The notes under the pieces: model-generated | What the model saw: only the letters and a program-made list of their open reading frames with translations | What the model was told of the DNA's origin: nothing | Database searches by the model: none | Made by a program: the position numbers and the translations under genes | Shown here: positions 50,901 to 64,000 of the stretch, piece by piece | Layout of the letters: each line of letters starts with the position of its first letter | Numbering within the stretch: position 1 is the first letter of the stretch | Assembly (NCBI RefSeq): GCF_000150275.1 | Contig: NW_002060956.1 | Location: 928,280-992,279 of the forward strand | Direction: 5' to 3' | Length of the DNA: 64,000 nucleotides | Source of the DNA: Trichoplax adhaerens | Taxonomy: Eukaryota > Animalia > Placozoa

Positions 50901-53900
50901 ACAGAATTCCACAGTGCAAATTTTTACTATTCTTATATTTATACCTGTAAGCTTCCTTTATTGCAATATTGTGTGACTATACATATATTTGGGACTTCAA
51001 TACAAGCTCCAACAAACGGATTCACATTATCGTGATTCATATCGCGGACCTGAATATTATTTAAGTTAAAATTTTTAATATAACTGACGGTACTTACTAT
51101 AGTGTATTGATGCCAAGTTAACGTTTTGGAAGATTACAAATAATTTACAATCAACTAACTTGTTTTAATTCTATAAGCAATGCTCGAGAAAGATCGATGT
51201 GCTTCTTATGGATCATCTTAATTGCTACAAAATTTCCCTAAACAATAAAAAATAGATACTCTGAGATTTGATGGACAATCTTATGATTTAATTCATTCAG
51301 TTTCAAATCGTCTAATTCCAAATATTAACTGTTTCAACAGTAATTCAAAAGTTTAGAATTAATTTTATCAGCTTTCAATTACCCTATATAAACCCATGGA
51401 AGTAAAAATTTGCATATCTTCCACATAAGACGCTGATCCTATAGATATCGCGTCGGCTTTATTTTTCTGTCGAACTGATACGGCACTACTGGGCCTACTT
51501 ACTCCTTGCGGCTATTGGAGATATTATCAAGATTATTGTATGTTACAATGACGTAATTATTGTAAGTAGAGAATTTATACACGGGTATAATTCAGACAGG
51601 TCAATTCTTTTAATGCTGGATATATTGGTGTGGATTTATGATAAGGCATCTTACCTTAGTAGAGACCATACTACCAAACATATTTGCTCCAGGTTTTACA
51701 TTAAATATAATTTCGTTATAATCAATTTTCCATAAGCTACTTGATAGATCAGCTTCAAAGCGAGATTTTCTAGTTTGTAAACAAAAATTTAACTATTGCA
51801 TGACATTCTATACGTTTAGTTAAAATGGTTTGAATAGTTATTTTATATTATAATTATCTTAGAAATTTCTTTCTTTCTAATTTATTTTTTAGTTATACCT
51901 CCACAAATAGTAAAATATAGCGCTAAATAGAATGATTAATGCCGCAACAGAACCTCCAATTGCGCCTCCAAGAACACCTAAGTAGAAGAAGAATTATTTC
52001 TAATGATGATAACATTTCTTTAATTTAGTTTAGCTAGAATTATAAAATCATTCGAGATCGTACTTAAATTGCCTGAACACTTTTCATTTCGCCATCCACA
52101 AGGTGGTATGTCTTTAGGTACTACAGTCGTATTTCCAGGCCATACAACTACTTTACCAGGCGTCATAGAGAAGTTTTGTTGTGCTGAAACATATAATCCA
52201 ATATCGACATATGCACCATTAATTAAATTCTGTAGGACATAATCAGGATCACGATCTCCATTTTGATCAATGACAACTTCTCCAGTAACACCTAAACAAA
52301 TAAAACCAGTAATAGGGGAATAAATCTTTTTTCATATCACCTGAAGGTTTCTAATTTTACTTTACGTAGATTATTCTTTCTGCTCATTTATCAATTCAAG
52401 AGAAAGCGGTAAAAATTCGTGCAGTATCTTAGATTTTTTTTATTTCAGTATACAGTTTATCATAAAACATTACCTGTAAACGTTCGATTAAACATTTTTC
52501 TTGTAACTGTTAAACCATCAGTGATATTACCACCTTCTTGTAAAGTATCATTTAAAGCTAATGCATATAGTATGATCGCATCATGTAATGTTCCAGCATA
52601 AGTATCGACCTACGTAAAATCAATTTATATTATTAGCCGAAACTCTAATTAACAGTATAATCTTGTTATTTATTACAAAATTATAGGCTTTGCAAAGTAA
52701 GTTTATTTTCACAGTAAGGGGATAACAAGAAAATATTAACCTTTGCGTCTGCTGCTAACGGCTTGTTATATGGTGGAGCAGCAACTCGTCGACGAATATC
52801 AGCAGTAAAATTTTTCCATCGTGGTGAATCGGGTGTCCTTAAATGAACATTTAACATGCCATTATATGCGTCTAGGGCTTCATTATCCCGATTATCAGCG
52901 CCCATCCAGGTGTTAGCGCCAATATGAGAATCGATATTTAGTTCAACAGCAATAAAGGCGTAATCTCCATTTAACAATCCAAGATCTTTGGCATTTAACA
53001 TAATTTCGCGTATATCGCCGCCATAAGCACATAATACAAAAACTGGTCAAAGTCAAGATAAAAATAGATGTGTTGATTTGTTATTCATCGATTGGTTATC
53101 ATTCACATATATATGACAAGTTCTAATTTTATAATCAGTTGTGTAATTCATTTATAAGATTAATAAATGCTATCATACTTAATACAATAATTTTTCCATT
53201 AACGTTAACAGACTACTGAATGGTAATTTGCAGTATCTAGATGGTACGGTACACTTAAACTCATTGTAAATTTTTAGACTACTTTGAAGACAAACAGTTG
53301 CCCGAACTATTGAAATGAAATAGCTAACTTGTTACTGATTACTTATCAAATTGATTTGTCCCACATTAGAATGATATCTTTTACGTTAGGAGTAAACAGA
53401 TTAATAATCTATAATTTACGTAATGCATACTCCAGACCGTATACAGTAGACAGTCGACAGTTAACTAGTCATCTATAATGGCCATTTAAGACATGATAGC
53501 GCGAAAACAGGTTATTTATCGAAATGAAAAGTGTGATCCCTTCTTGCTTTTATCAAAATAAATCGTTTTAAAATTAAACTACATTCAGAATATTTAAAGC
53601 AAAAGCGATTAAAATAGATTGTCATCAAGCTATTTAGTCTACATAAATACCTAATAGAAAATAAAATATTTTAAATCCCATCTTATGTAGAAGTTATTAT
53701 GATAGTGACCGATTTCGTACTGTGATTCATGTATCATTAGTAATTCACATATTAGGAGTAAAATTGTTTCCGATTGCTAAATAAAATGATTTATCTAAGA
53801 CATAAGAAATAAGTGTTGAGTACTTGCTCCTATTTCCTATATAGTCTTGTTAAAGTCCATATCATATTTAAACTATAAAGTAACCTGACTGATAAATTCA

Positions 53901-56900
53901 TTCATTTAAAGATTACCTGCATTGCCGGAGATAATGATAGATTAAAATTGCGGTTAGACTACAAACGCTTATGAGTTATCGTCAGTAGCACGATTACAAA
54001 ATCGATACTGATAGAAACAAAACGAAATTTTTTAACCACAGTAACTACTAGAGAAGAAAATGTCGGCCCTTTTCATATTATGAAAACAAGAAACAAATTC
54101 ATTTTACACCCAATAGTATACTACAGCAATAATTAAAGTCATGGAGTATTTTATGATTGCTATGGCATACTTGATATATGATTACTAGTATTGCAGTATA
54201 TCAACTTTAAAGACGCAAATAAGACTAAATAATCAATATCAGATATGAATTTTTTCATTAACTTTCTTATAAGTAAATATGATAGAGAAATAATAAATAG
54301 TTAATTAGACTACGTGATCGTTGCAATAAATAGATTTGCAAATCTAGACCTTTAGAATAAATATTAACGGCCGATTGTGTTATGCAAGATATCATAGTAT
54401 GTTGCACGATATGATCGGTGCTTAACTACTGCATATAAGAATTTATTGGTATTCTACTGGCATAGTAAATTACTAGAGTAACTAAAGCAAGTACCGCATA
54501 GTATTTAGGATATCTGTGCCTTATTTCAATGTTTCAGTAATTTGTAAGTAGAAAATTACAACTACTACTAGCAATATGACGCTTCGAACCAAGTGCTATC
54601 AAAATGTTATAGTAAACTATTATCCTCTCCTAGATAAACTGAACCTATGCGTTATTAAAAATCAGGTAACTTGAAGTATAGTTAGAATAGCATTAGTTAT
54701 TATAGCATACAGTAGACAATTTTATAAAACTTTGCATAATAGATAACGTAATTATCCAAAACACGAAAAGCATGTCTTCTAACGAAAGTTGGATATATTT
54801 ATGTCCACCTAAATTGTGACAATCAGCTATTAAAAGCTAATAATTTCGTAAGTGTATAAAGACTACAGTAATTTGTGAAGTGGATATTGATAGGAAATAA
54901 CGTTACTGTTTAAAGTAGAAGATCATCAAAATAGATAAATAAAGGAAACGTAAGCGGATGTAGTATTCATCTTGTATTTTCTTTCAACATCAACGAGAAT
55001 AGAAAACAGACATATGTTCAAATTTCTTCATATACTATTTACATTTTGAAAGATTTTGTATACTCTGAGAAAGAAAACATAAGATGCCTCATTTATATAG
55101 TAGTTGTCACGGTTAAATGTCTTCGTCTTATTTTAGAAGCAAATACATGGAATAATTAATGGCTGCTGGATTTTAAAATAGATTTGTTCTTAATTCTGTT
55201 CTTTAAAGATTGTTAATTTCATAAACATCTACATTAAGATTTAATCGACGTAGAGGAGGAACTCTACTATCATTATTGCTTATAAATCCTTGGTTATGTT
55301 AAAAATTTTAACCGAATTCTAATTATCCTGAATTTCATCCAAACACTTGTTTTTAATAACAGGGTATGACTACTGCACATAAAGATCTTTATGGATTTAA
55401 AATATGATGACAGACTTCGTGAAAGAATCTAGATCAATGTTTCACAAATTTAAAAATTAATTTAGATCTTATAAAAGGTATAATAAGAAAAAATTAAGTC
55501 TATAAATGATCTTTTTGCTCACTCTCTAGTACATTTGATTATTATAATGCACTGGGATAGACTAAACACTCTCAATTTCTTGATCCATTGGCTTTTATTA
55601 ACAGAGGTAAAAGCAGATTTTAGCATGAAAGTAAATCATGCTAAATATTTTTGTTGGATAAAGATTGGTAGCATTTTATCTGAATTAAATTGCCCGATTA
55701 CTTATTCGATTTGTTATCGCATGATGGCCATAAAATTTAACTCAAATCTGAATCATATAGGATAATATTTTATAATTCGAGCAGTTAACTTTAAGTTCTA
55801 ATTACGATAATTTTTAAATTTATTTCATATATTTGCAAAAAAAATGAGTAAAAACATGGCAAAGTCTGCTGTTAATCATATCAAGCGATTGCTTATGTAT
55901 TTGATAGTATCGCTTTAAGCATGAATAGATTCTCACGTAAAGAACGGGAAGATTTTTGATTTAATGTACCTATATCCGATAATTGTAACATTGATAGTTT
56001 TTCTCTAAATTTGAGTAGTTTATTAAGTTAATTCTATTTCTGAAAGAACAAATACGAGAAATGTAAATGTCTATCTCAGTGATATCATGATTAAGGTTAA
56101 TTTTGTCAATGAACTTGTTTCAAATTAGGCCGGCCGACTGTTGTCACTTACAGCACTATTAACCTGAGCATCAACGACTTACAGAGTAAGTTCCTGAAAA
56201 ATTGCTAAAAATCTATCATAAGTCCCGATCTAAACTTTCTCCTGGCTATAATTAATCCATTTTTTTGAAAGCAATATCTTAACTTCGATGATTCAGTCGC
56301 TTGAATACGTGTACAAATGGTTCAGACTTTAACAAAAGCTAAGAATGTTTACTATTGTACTTGTACTTAATATTTTCTTATTCAAGAATTAAAGCATAGA
56401 AGAAATTGTTTACTATCTCAATTTCTAACTATCATCATGTTTAATAAAGTTAATTGATTTAATTAAGGAATTTCTTACTTTAAACTACAACTATTAAATG
56501 GATAAGCACTGGTAGATAAAAATAGGATTTTCCGTACTACAGCAATAAGAAATACGTTTACGGTAAGGATAGGCAGGGTATCTACAAGATGGATATGAGA
56601 AATATTCGTCACCTTCTGTAATACTTATTCAAAAATATCGAAACACTATGCCTATAAGATAAGATGATCATAATCCCTTGTCCCTCTCTAGGCTTCCCTT
56701 GAAAATAATGATCGTATTTATTTAAAATACCAGCACTACGTTAGATTACTCACGGGTAGTTTTATCACGATGAGATTGTAAGATATTCTTCGTTTGTACG
56801 CGATGGCGATCACCTCGATAACCGGGTACAAAGGACTCTTCATAAATAGTAATATTTAAATTTTCAAGTAACTTTTTAATATTAGTTGCCTGATACTGCC

Positions 56901-57447
56901 ATATTTCCTGTGTTGATGCCATAATAGTGGCCGTCTTCCAGTGATATTGTTGAAGTATAAATGGAAATGAAGTCGCTAAAATATAAGTTGTACCTACAGT
57001 ACGTGCAAATGTTGGATAAGTTACATGGCGTGATAGATCATCAACCGAACAAGCATATGATATCATGGGTATATTCCACGATCCAGCTAAGATTGCACCC
57101 GGTTGACAAACAACGCTACAATCAGGCCCAATAAAAACATGTGGATTAAACGTTGCTTTAATGTTTGCAATTGCAACTAAGCCATCTTTGGCTAAGCAAT
57201 ATGTGTTATAATATTTCATATTGATTTTAAATTGTGGCAGAAGTTGATATTTTACGATATCAGCTACACCAACAGGAACGGCACCTAATATTTTACTTAA
57301 AGTTATGTTATCGTTCCATGTTAGTAATGCGGCCATTCGCAATTCTGGTTTTCCTATACTATTTCGACCAGAAATAGATTTATTACATTTAGTTAGGTAC
57401 AAAACCGATATCAGTAATGCCAATTGAATAAGGATTGATTTCATCAT
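47923..57447 (-). CDS. Receptor (membrane) guanylyl cyclase, natriuretic-peptide-receptor-like; 18 exons
   Basis: Signal peptide, ANF-receptor ectodomain ([51 protein letters not shown]), transmembrane segment at 51899-51977, kinase-homology domain ([32 protein letters not shown]), linker [16 protein letters not shown], and cyclase domain ([46 protein letters not shown]) with the GTP-specifying Glu and Cys. The first intron is 53043-56753. Confidence 0.96.
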
Positions 57448-58299
57448 GGTGAATAATTTTCAATGAAAAGAAATAGATGAGTTATTAATCATGTAGGGCA
57501 GGAAAACGGAGATGAAATTTTGCTTTTTGAAACAGCACAAACAATAGAGAGAGACTCTTGTGGTATAACAATATATTAAATACAGAACGTAGATTTGTTT
57601 CCCAAGATCTTAAATATAATTGATGAGTAATTGTTGTAGGAAAATCAAATTTAAAATAAGGGTTAATTGCATCAACATATATGTATATATATAATTTTCC
57701 GTTCTTTATCCTTTTAGATTTTCAAAGAATGATTAAGATGTATTAAATTAGTTCTGACTCATCTGAATTGGTGCCTATTAATTTCAATTTTAGTTGGTAA
57801 TTCAGATTCCAGTAGTGCGAAATGATTATTCGAGATTAGAAGGAGCAAAAATGAAATTTTTAGGAATTTAAAATTGCATAATGGCTAAATGAAAGCCATT
57901 TTCATCATCAGTAGATATACAAGACTATATTAGCTACAATATTGAATGTATATTTTAAAATAAAAGCGAGACAAAATTTCCAGATGCAAATTGACTTCAA
58001 GAACTTTTGTTTTATAACAATAATGATACAATTAAAATTGAAATACCATAAATAATGATTGTCATTATCATTACTATTATAATAATGAGATATAGAATAA
58101 TATATATAATTATATACCCGGTAGATGTCGTCTATAATGTAAAATTTTGTATGAAATACTATCAATCTGTTTTATATTGTTTTCTTTAAATTTTGAGTAA
58201 TTCAATTCGTAACCTTATTGGACGATTTAAAAAAGACTTTACTTTTAGTTTTAATTTTATTTGAGTATAACTAGTTAATCTGCACTAATGTCTTTTCAA

Positions 58300-61140
58300 A
58301 CGACTAATTTTTTTTCAGCCGTCAGCGATAATTATTACTTTTTGAATGACTATATAGTTATATAATCGTTATTGGAAAAAATTCAAGCAGAAGAAAATTA
58401 GATTTGTCGTTTATTTGTCACTACAAATAGAATAAGTCAACCTATTCCCTCGCTTTCCTTAATTAAAAGTAATTTAACTATTGACGAAGATAGATTAACT
58501 TAAAATCAATAGATTTGATAATGGAATCGTCCAATGTTTAGAAAAATTTCAGCTTGATTAATTAATTTGAAGCCTTTTTGCCTTAATGATTACGATGTCT
58601 ATTTACTAATATGATTGTTGGTAAGGTTGCTGTATTTTAGGCCAAATGATCCTATTTGTTTTATTTTACTTGTCTGAAGGACTTCTTTGATGATGTTAGC
58701 AGCTGTAGTTTAATCAGTTTAGTCTATTCGGCAATATGATTTTCTACGAATTGATCTGACTTATTTCTGGATGCGAAGAATAAAACTATGTTTTTGCTAG
58801 CGTTCAGTTGAGAAAGTTGGTAATATTACCTCATTTGTCAAAATTTTTCTTCTAGATTACGAAAACTATTTTCTTGTTTAAGTATGATAATGGTAAATGG
58901 AGATATTGCAAGATAATGAAATAAGGCACAATTATTACTCTTGAATCCAAAAATATGATTATTAAAATTTTGTAGTATTGCTTCGCTTGTTTAATTTCGC
59001 TTGATTTGCAAAACAAAATGTAGCTAGTTCGTAAAAGCTTTTGAGCTCTTATTTACTTGAATTATTAACGAAAAGGATATATGTACGTATATTTGATCGT
59101 TTACTTGGAAAACTTTTCTTCAATGGGATGAGCAATGACTATTGTACTTGATTGATATTCGTCTCAAACCTCAATTGGATTATTAATAGCCAATACCTGC
59201 AGTAACATTGTGACATAAAATCCTTTCATCTACGAAATTATTTTCTTTACATTCACTTTTCCTTTAGTAAAGTATATAAGACAAATATCAGATCGTGTTT
59301 ATGTCAATGTCTTTAAAATTCTTTTTCTAGTGGTAATTAGTCGAATAATCCACCGCTTGTGACCTTCTTAATTCAAGCTAACAATTATTAATATAATCTT
59401 AAAATTTGTCTTATTCAATGATATTTATGTCGATGTATGTTAATTTAGTAATTGTTTTAGGTATTCTTGTCAATATTACGAGACGAATGCAACCATTAAA
59501 TGTTTTCTTCAGGGAAACGATGACTAATAATGGAATTTTATTTTTATAATGCGGCTATGTCTATCCAAATTTGGATAAATCTAGTAATATTTCAATTGAA
59601 GCAATATCTTCTACACAATGATAATTTATTCCTTTCTAAAATGACTTTCAATGACCAGTGAATTACTTACATCGGACTGTTGTTATTCGATAATTATAAT
59701 AAAGTGGTCCTAGTATTTCTAAATATTGTCTTTCTCGATCGATCTCAATTCGGTAATAAATGTAATCTCTTTTAAGTACGCCGCCGACTGTTTCTTTCAA
59801 TATTATGGTAGTGATAAAAAGAATATTCTCAGATATTTGAAATCATTATTTTCTTACACAGCACTGAGTCTTCTAGCTTTAATGTTAAATTTTTATGTTT
59901 GCGTCTTTGGGGGTTAGTATCATAGTCAAAGTAATTGAAAGAGAAGAAATTGATTAAGTCAGCGATGGGATTAGTAAATGCTGCAACTGCTCTCACGATT
60001 TCTCAACGAAAATTTTAATTATATTGACAGATAGAAGGTGAATACAACAGCTATCTTGACCTCTTCTGATTTTTCAACGGTCGTTAGCAATAGATTGTTA
60101 TTGATTTAAAATGACAATATTTTTTTCCAGCAATTAAGCATGTCCTAACAGTTATTACTTCAAAATAGGTTTAGTAAGTGATGCGGACGTAGTCTTGATC
60201 TTGAATGATTTTGACACCCTTTTGAATATTATTACGCCAACTTAATTGCGATTGCCTTTATATTTAGCTTAATTATTGTAAAATTTCAAATATCGGGATG
60301 ATAAATGTGCTCTAGAATGAAATGGGGGTGTATTAAATTGCTATGTTTTTCTTTCAATGTTGGTTGAAGGATTTTCGAAAAGATAGGAACATTTAAAGTT
60401 TTTACCTTGAATGGAATTGTGATAAATTAAATTGTTTCTTCAAAGTTAACTGAAGTACTTTGGGACTATTGTGGAAATATTTGTTGATTCAGTTACAGTC
60501 TTGGATCAAGTCAAGAAAAAAGTAGTTTTTGAATGTCTGCTAAAATGATTAAAATAATATTTAGAAGTTTGGCGGTTGAATTTCGACAACTACTGTATTT
60601 ATATCATTTTAGAGAAACCAAGGAATAAGATTTCAAGTTTGAAATAGATGTCAGTCATTTTCTCGGGAGTAAACCATAAAAAATATCTGTGATCGAAGAT
60701 GACTTATTTTAAAATTATTATTCTGTTACATAAGAACGAGTAAACCAATGGATAATCTCCTATTGCTCGTATTTAAGATGAGGCAGTCTATCCAGTTCAG
60801 ATTATCTTAAAATGTATGACAGTATTGAGGAAATACTTTTCATGAACAATATTGAAGATTCGATCCAACCACTTTATAGTCTCTTGATAGTTACGGTATT
60901 AAAAGTTTTAATAAGATTGATGTAACTTGTCATTAAGTATTTGCCCCGTTAAAAATATGGTAGTCTGATGCCTTATTTTTCATTATTAATTATTTTTTTA
61001 CAAATCCATAAGAACAAGGTATATTCCAAAATTAATAAGAACTAATTAATAATTCTAGAATAATTAATAAATTAAAGTACTTGTCTCTTTATGCTATGTC
61101 AGACAACGAATACCGTCAGAAAGAAATAAAGTCAATGGAA
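58300..61140 (-). pseudogene. Probable heavily decayed NACHT-LRR (NLR-like) relic
   Basis: Motif-like remnants in the expected order on the minus strand, with many stops and frameshifts: SYILR*SELDRLP (Walker B-like, ~60781-60820), FMVYSRE (sensor-1 ITSR-like, ~60660-60685), KLEILFLGFSK (EILGFS-like, ~60608-60640), AIAIKLA, VFTFYLSI* (winged-helix FxHxSxQ-like, ~60019-60045), LKYSNLTNNHISK (LRR-like, ~58602-58640). Confidence 0.35.
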
Positions 61141-64000
61141 TCGAGGATAAATTTAAAAATGGACTGGATTTCTTATGTATCATTATAACGTTAATGTCAG
61201 ATAAATGTCAACGTCGATAAGAAAAAAAATTTCGCTCGTCATTAATAAATGTAAAAATAGACTAAAGATTAGATTTAAAAATGTATAATATTTGCTTAAA
61301 TAACAATAATAGCGATCATTATGTCGAAAAATAATTTATGTCTTTGTTTTTACTTATAAAAGAGACAGCAAATACTCAACAAAAAGAGAAAAAAAAAAAT
61401 AAAATAAAATAATAGAGAATGTAAAATATGATCAAAAATCGGTTCTTTTCCATTAACATCTGTGTTCTAAGCAGGTGCATATCGAGGATAATTCTCCGTT
61501 GACCTTATTCATTATTTTGTAGTTTGCGATGATAACAATAAATAACTTGTCATTAATAAGGTTATTTCGTTAATGCTTATAATGTCAACATACTCAAATC
61601 AATGGTATCAAGATCGTACTGAAGAGTCATTTCATAAATAGACGTTGCACTACTTCCTATGTACTGTATCATTACTACTACTACTAATTTCTGATCAAAA
61701 TTTGCAGTAGATATACCTGCACTTATAAAAATACAGACTTTCTTCTATAAGATTTTACCGGCGTAAAATATATCAATCAGCTTTAACACTTGATAAGCTT
61801 AGTAAAAATTATTAAAATATCCCTAATACCTTACAGTTAAGCGAAGCTTTTGTTGGCTAAAATTGTAGGGAATGCTTTGTTAACTCTATGCTCTGTTATG
61901 TACATTAGATAAAGTAAAGATTGATATATGAAAGAAATATCGATCTCAGTATATACAACGTGAATTTCATTACCTCGAATTATATTGCTATAGAAATGCA
62001 GATAAACCTTCCGAGTAAGTTTAGTAATATTACCAAAAAGACATACGGTATGATGAAGTACTGCAATTATCTGGTTTTCTATCAAAAAATTCAATTTGTT
62101 GTTTATAGACAGCAAGAGATCCACTCTCTTTTATATATATACTTCTGTAGATTATTTTTAATATCAATATTACCCTATGGAAGCTTAATGTATGTTTACA
62201 TGGCTTAGAACTTCCATAAAGTTGACCAACTTGCAACGAATAAAAGATATGCTGTATATGTACGGGAATATATTGGCTACAGTAAGCTTCAGACAATGAC
62301 ATAGCCATTAGTACTAGAGTTTTACATAGTAGATGACACATATCTTTACATATTGAGGTGGTGAATGGCTGATATTGGCAGCAAAGCATTTAGAAAAGAA
62401 AATTGCAGATATTTTAAGTGATGTAGTATAACGACGGAAATGACCGGTTTTAGACTTAAGAATGCACAAAGTCATGTCTTTCATAATCTATCGATTTATG
62501 TCAAATGATCAATTTGCGATAAGTTTAAGAATGAGTTACGTTATAAATTCAATTTAACTTTAAGAATTTAATTATCGATCTAATGAAATAATTTTTTGAT
62601 AATTAATAATGTATGATTAATATCTTGTTACATATTATACACCTACAAATATACAAGTATGTGAGCAATTGTACCGAGGATCATATCAACACCTTTTTAC
62701 AATCATAAAGAAAACAATTTATCTATATTAAGATTCAAGTGCAAGTTTTAATACGTTGAATGAAATAAAGTTTACTGTTTGACCAGGATTTAGTACGTTT
62801 AAGCAGGGCTTAGTACGGATATCAATAGTGAAAAGATAATGTAGAGTCTAAGATGTATTGCTAAGCTGTGCTTCAATGCCAATTCTCGAAGCAGGATTAC
62901 CAAGCAGTGTGTATCTGTAATACTAAGTTATATTAGTATTGCACTAAAATAAACAAAAGTGAATTTGAATTACACTAATCTGGCGTAGCAATCAATATAC
63001 CGCCAGATTGCGATTAAACTTTAACAATGTACAGGTACCTCATTTATATTATAACAACTGTAAATTTAGTTTGACAATGCTGTCGATTTCTATCTCATAA
63101 ATCAATTATAAAGTTAAGTAATTTCCCTTGTGGATTAGCGATGAAAAACTGATGACAATTAAATTACAGAAACTTACTACGATATTTAATCAATTTTTCC
63201 AAATTCACTTATTTAGTATGGCTTCTTTAACTCGTTTTAATGTAGCTTATTCATAGTATAACTATAAGATAATAGTGCCGTTTAAATATTTGAAACTTGT
63301 TTCATTCTTGAACATCATCAATAATGATACAATAGTTGCTTGATATCAAGCTGCAACTATTGCTGATATAATAAGCATTACAATCATCAGAATTATTGAT
63401 TACATTATTCTTACCTTCTCTTCACATGCTAATTATAATTATTGGATACAGGTGATTAGCAGTGGAATATGATCGTAAGCAACCAGTTACAAGATATCCA
63501 TAAATTGTTTAATATTGCGTCAAAACTTTTAAGAGTCAATTTTAGCGGCGAATACTTGATAAGTTGGTATAAATCGTTAAAGTGCATCAATTACTATATT
63601 ATATGATCATTAATTTTCTAGTCTTATGCTTGGTTTCATCTTGGAAATTAGATAGATCAAATCATATACATAATTAATTGATTATTCCGTAACTGAGTTA
63701 TTGATATTGTTTTCGAATTGTTTTTGTTTTGATCTAAAACTTGACAGTACACGCTCTGTAACGTTTAAATACATTCCATATAAACTGATGAACCTGAAAC
63801 TAACGAAATTTTTGTTTTCTTGCTCTTTGCAGTATATACTATATGTGCGTAAAATATGGCTAAAGCTTAAAATGCGGCTATTAAATAAAGCATAATAACC
63901 GATTTCAAATATTAGCTGTAAGATACGCGCATATATTCGATTTATTATAGGATCAAATGTCAAATAAGCAATGTATAAATTTATAAATCTAGCTATTAGG

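Noticed and set aside
61837-63963. Overlapping 64-119 aa ORFs and a 9-bp inverted repeat at 62977-63009
   Set aside because: AT-biased composition, no motifs and no coherent exon chain.

Overview
AT-rich, intron-dense eukaryotic genomic DNA with mostly 50-150 nt GT-AG introns and two 50-N scaffold gaps. It looks like an early-branching animal, and a placozoan such as Trichoplax is my unverified inference. The supplied ORF track mostly shows exon fragments, so I spliced the genes by hand. Six intact multi-exon genes: beta-arrestin (+, 531-7944), GABA transaminase ABAT (-, 10629-16325), an EMSY-type ENT-domain protein that splices in frame into a C-terminal bromodomain (+, 25223-33040, about 1949 aa), a secreted SRCRx4-MAM-EGF protein (-, 34378-38126), a CFAP97-domain ciliary protein with tandem RFX X-boxes upstream (+, 41278-45053), and an NPR-like receptor guanylyl cyclase (-, 47923-57447). 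The least explained region is 16.9-19.8 kb upstream of ABAT. It holds a ~365-bp tandem duplication, dense TACTG/CAGTA repeats, and two convergent candidate structured RNAs that share upstream motif blocks and the start GTGTTCYTGC. The ~365-nt minus-strand candidate has long helices with many G-U pairs. Also present: an intronic minisatellite, probable non-coding leader exons, a probable decayed NACHT-LRR relic and a second, less certain decayed gene relic.
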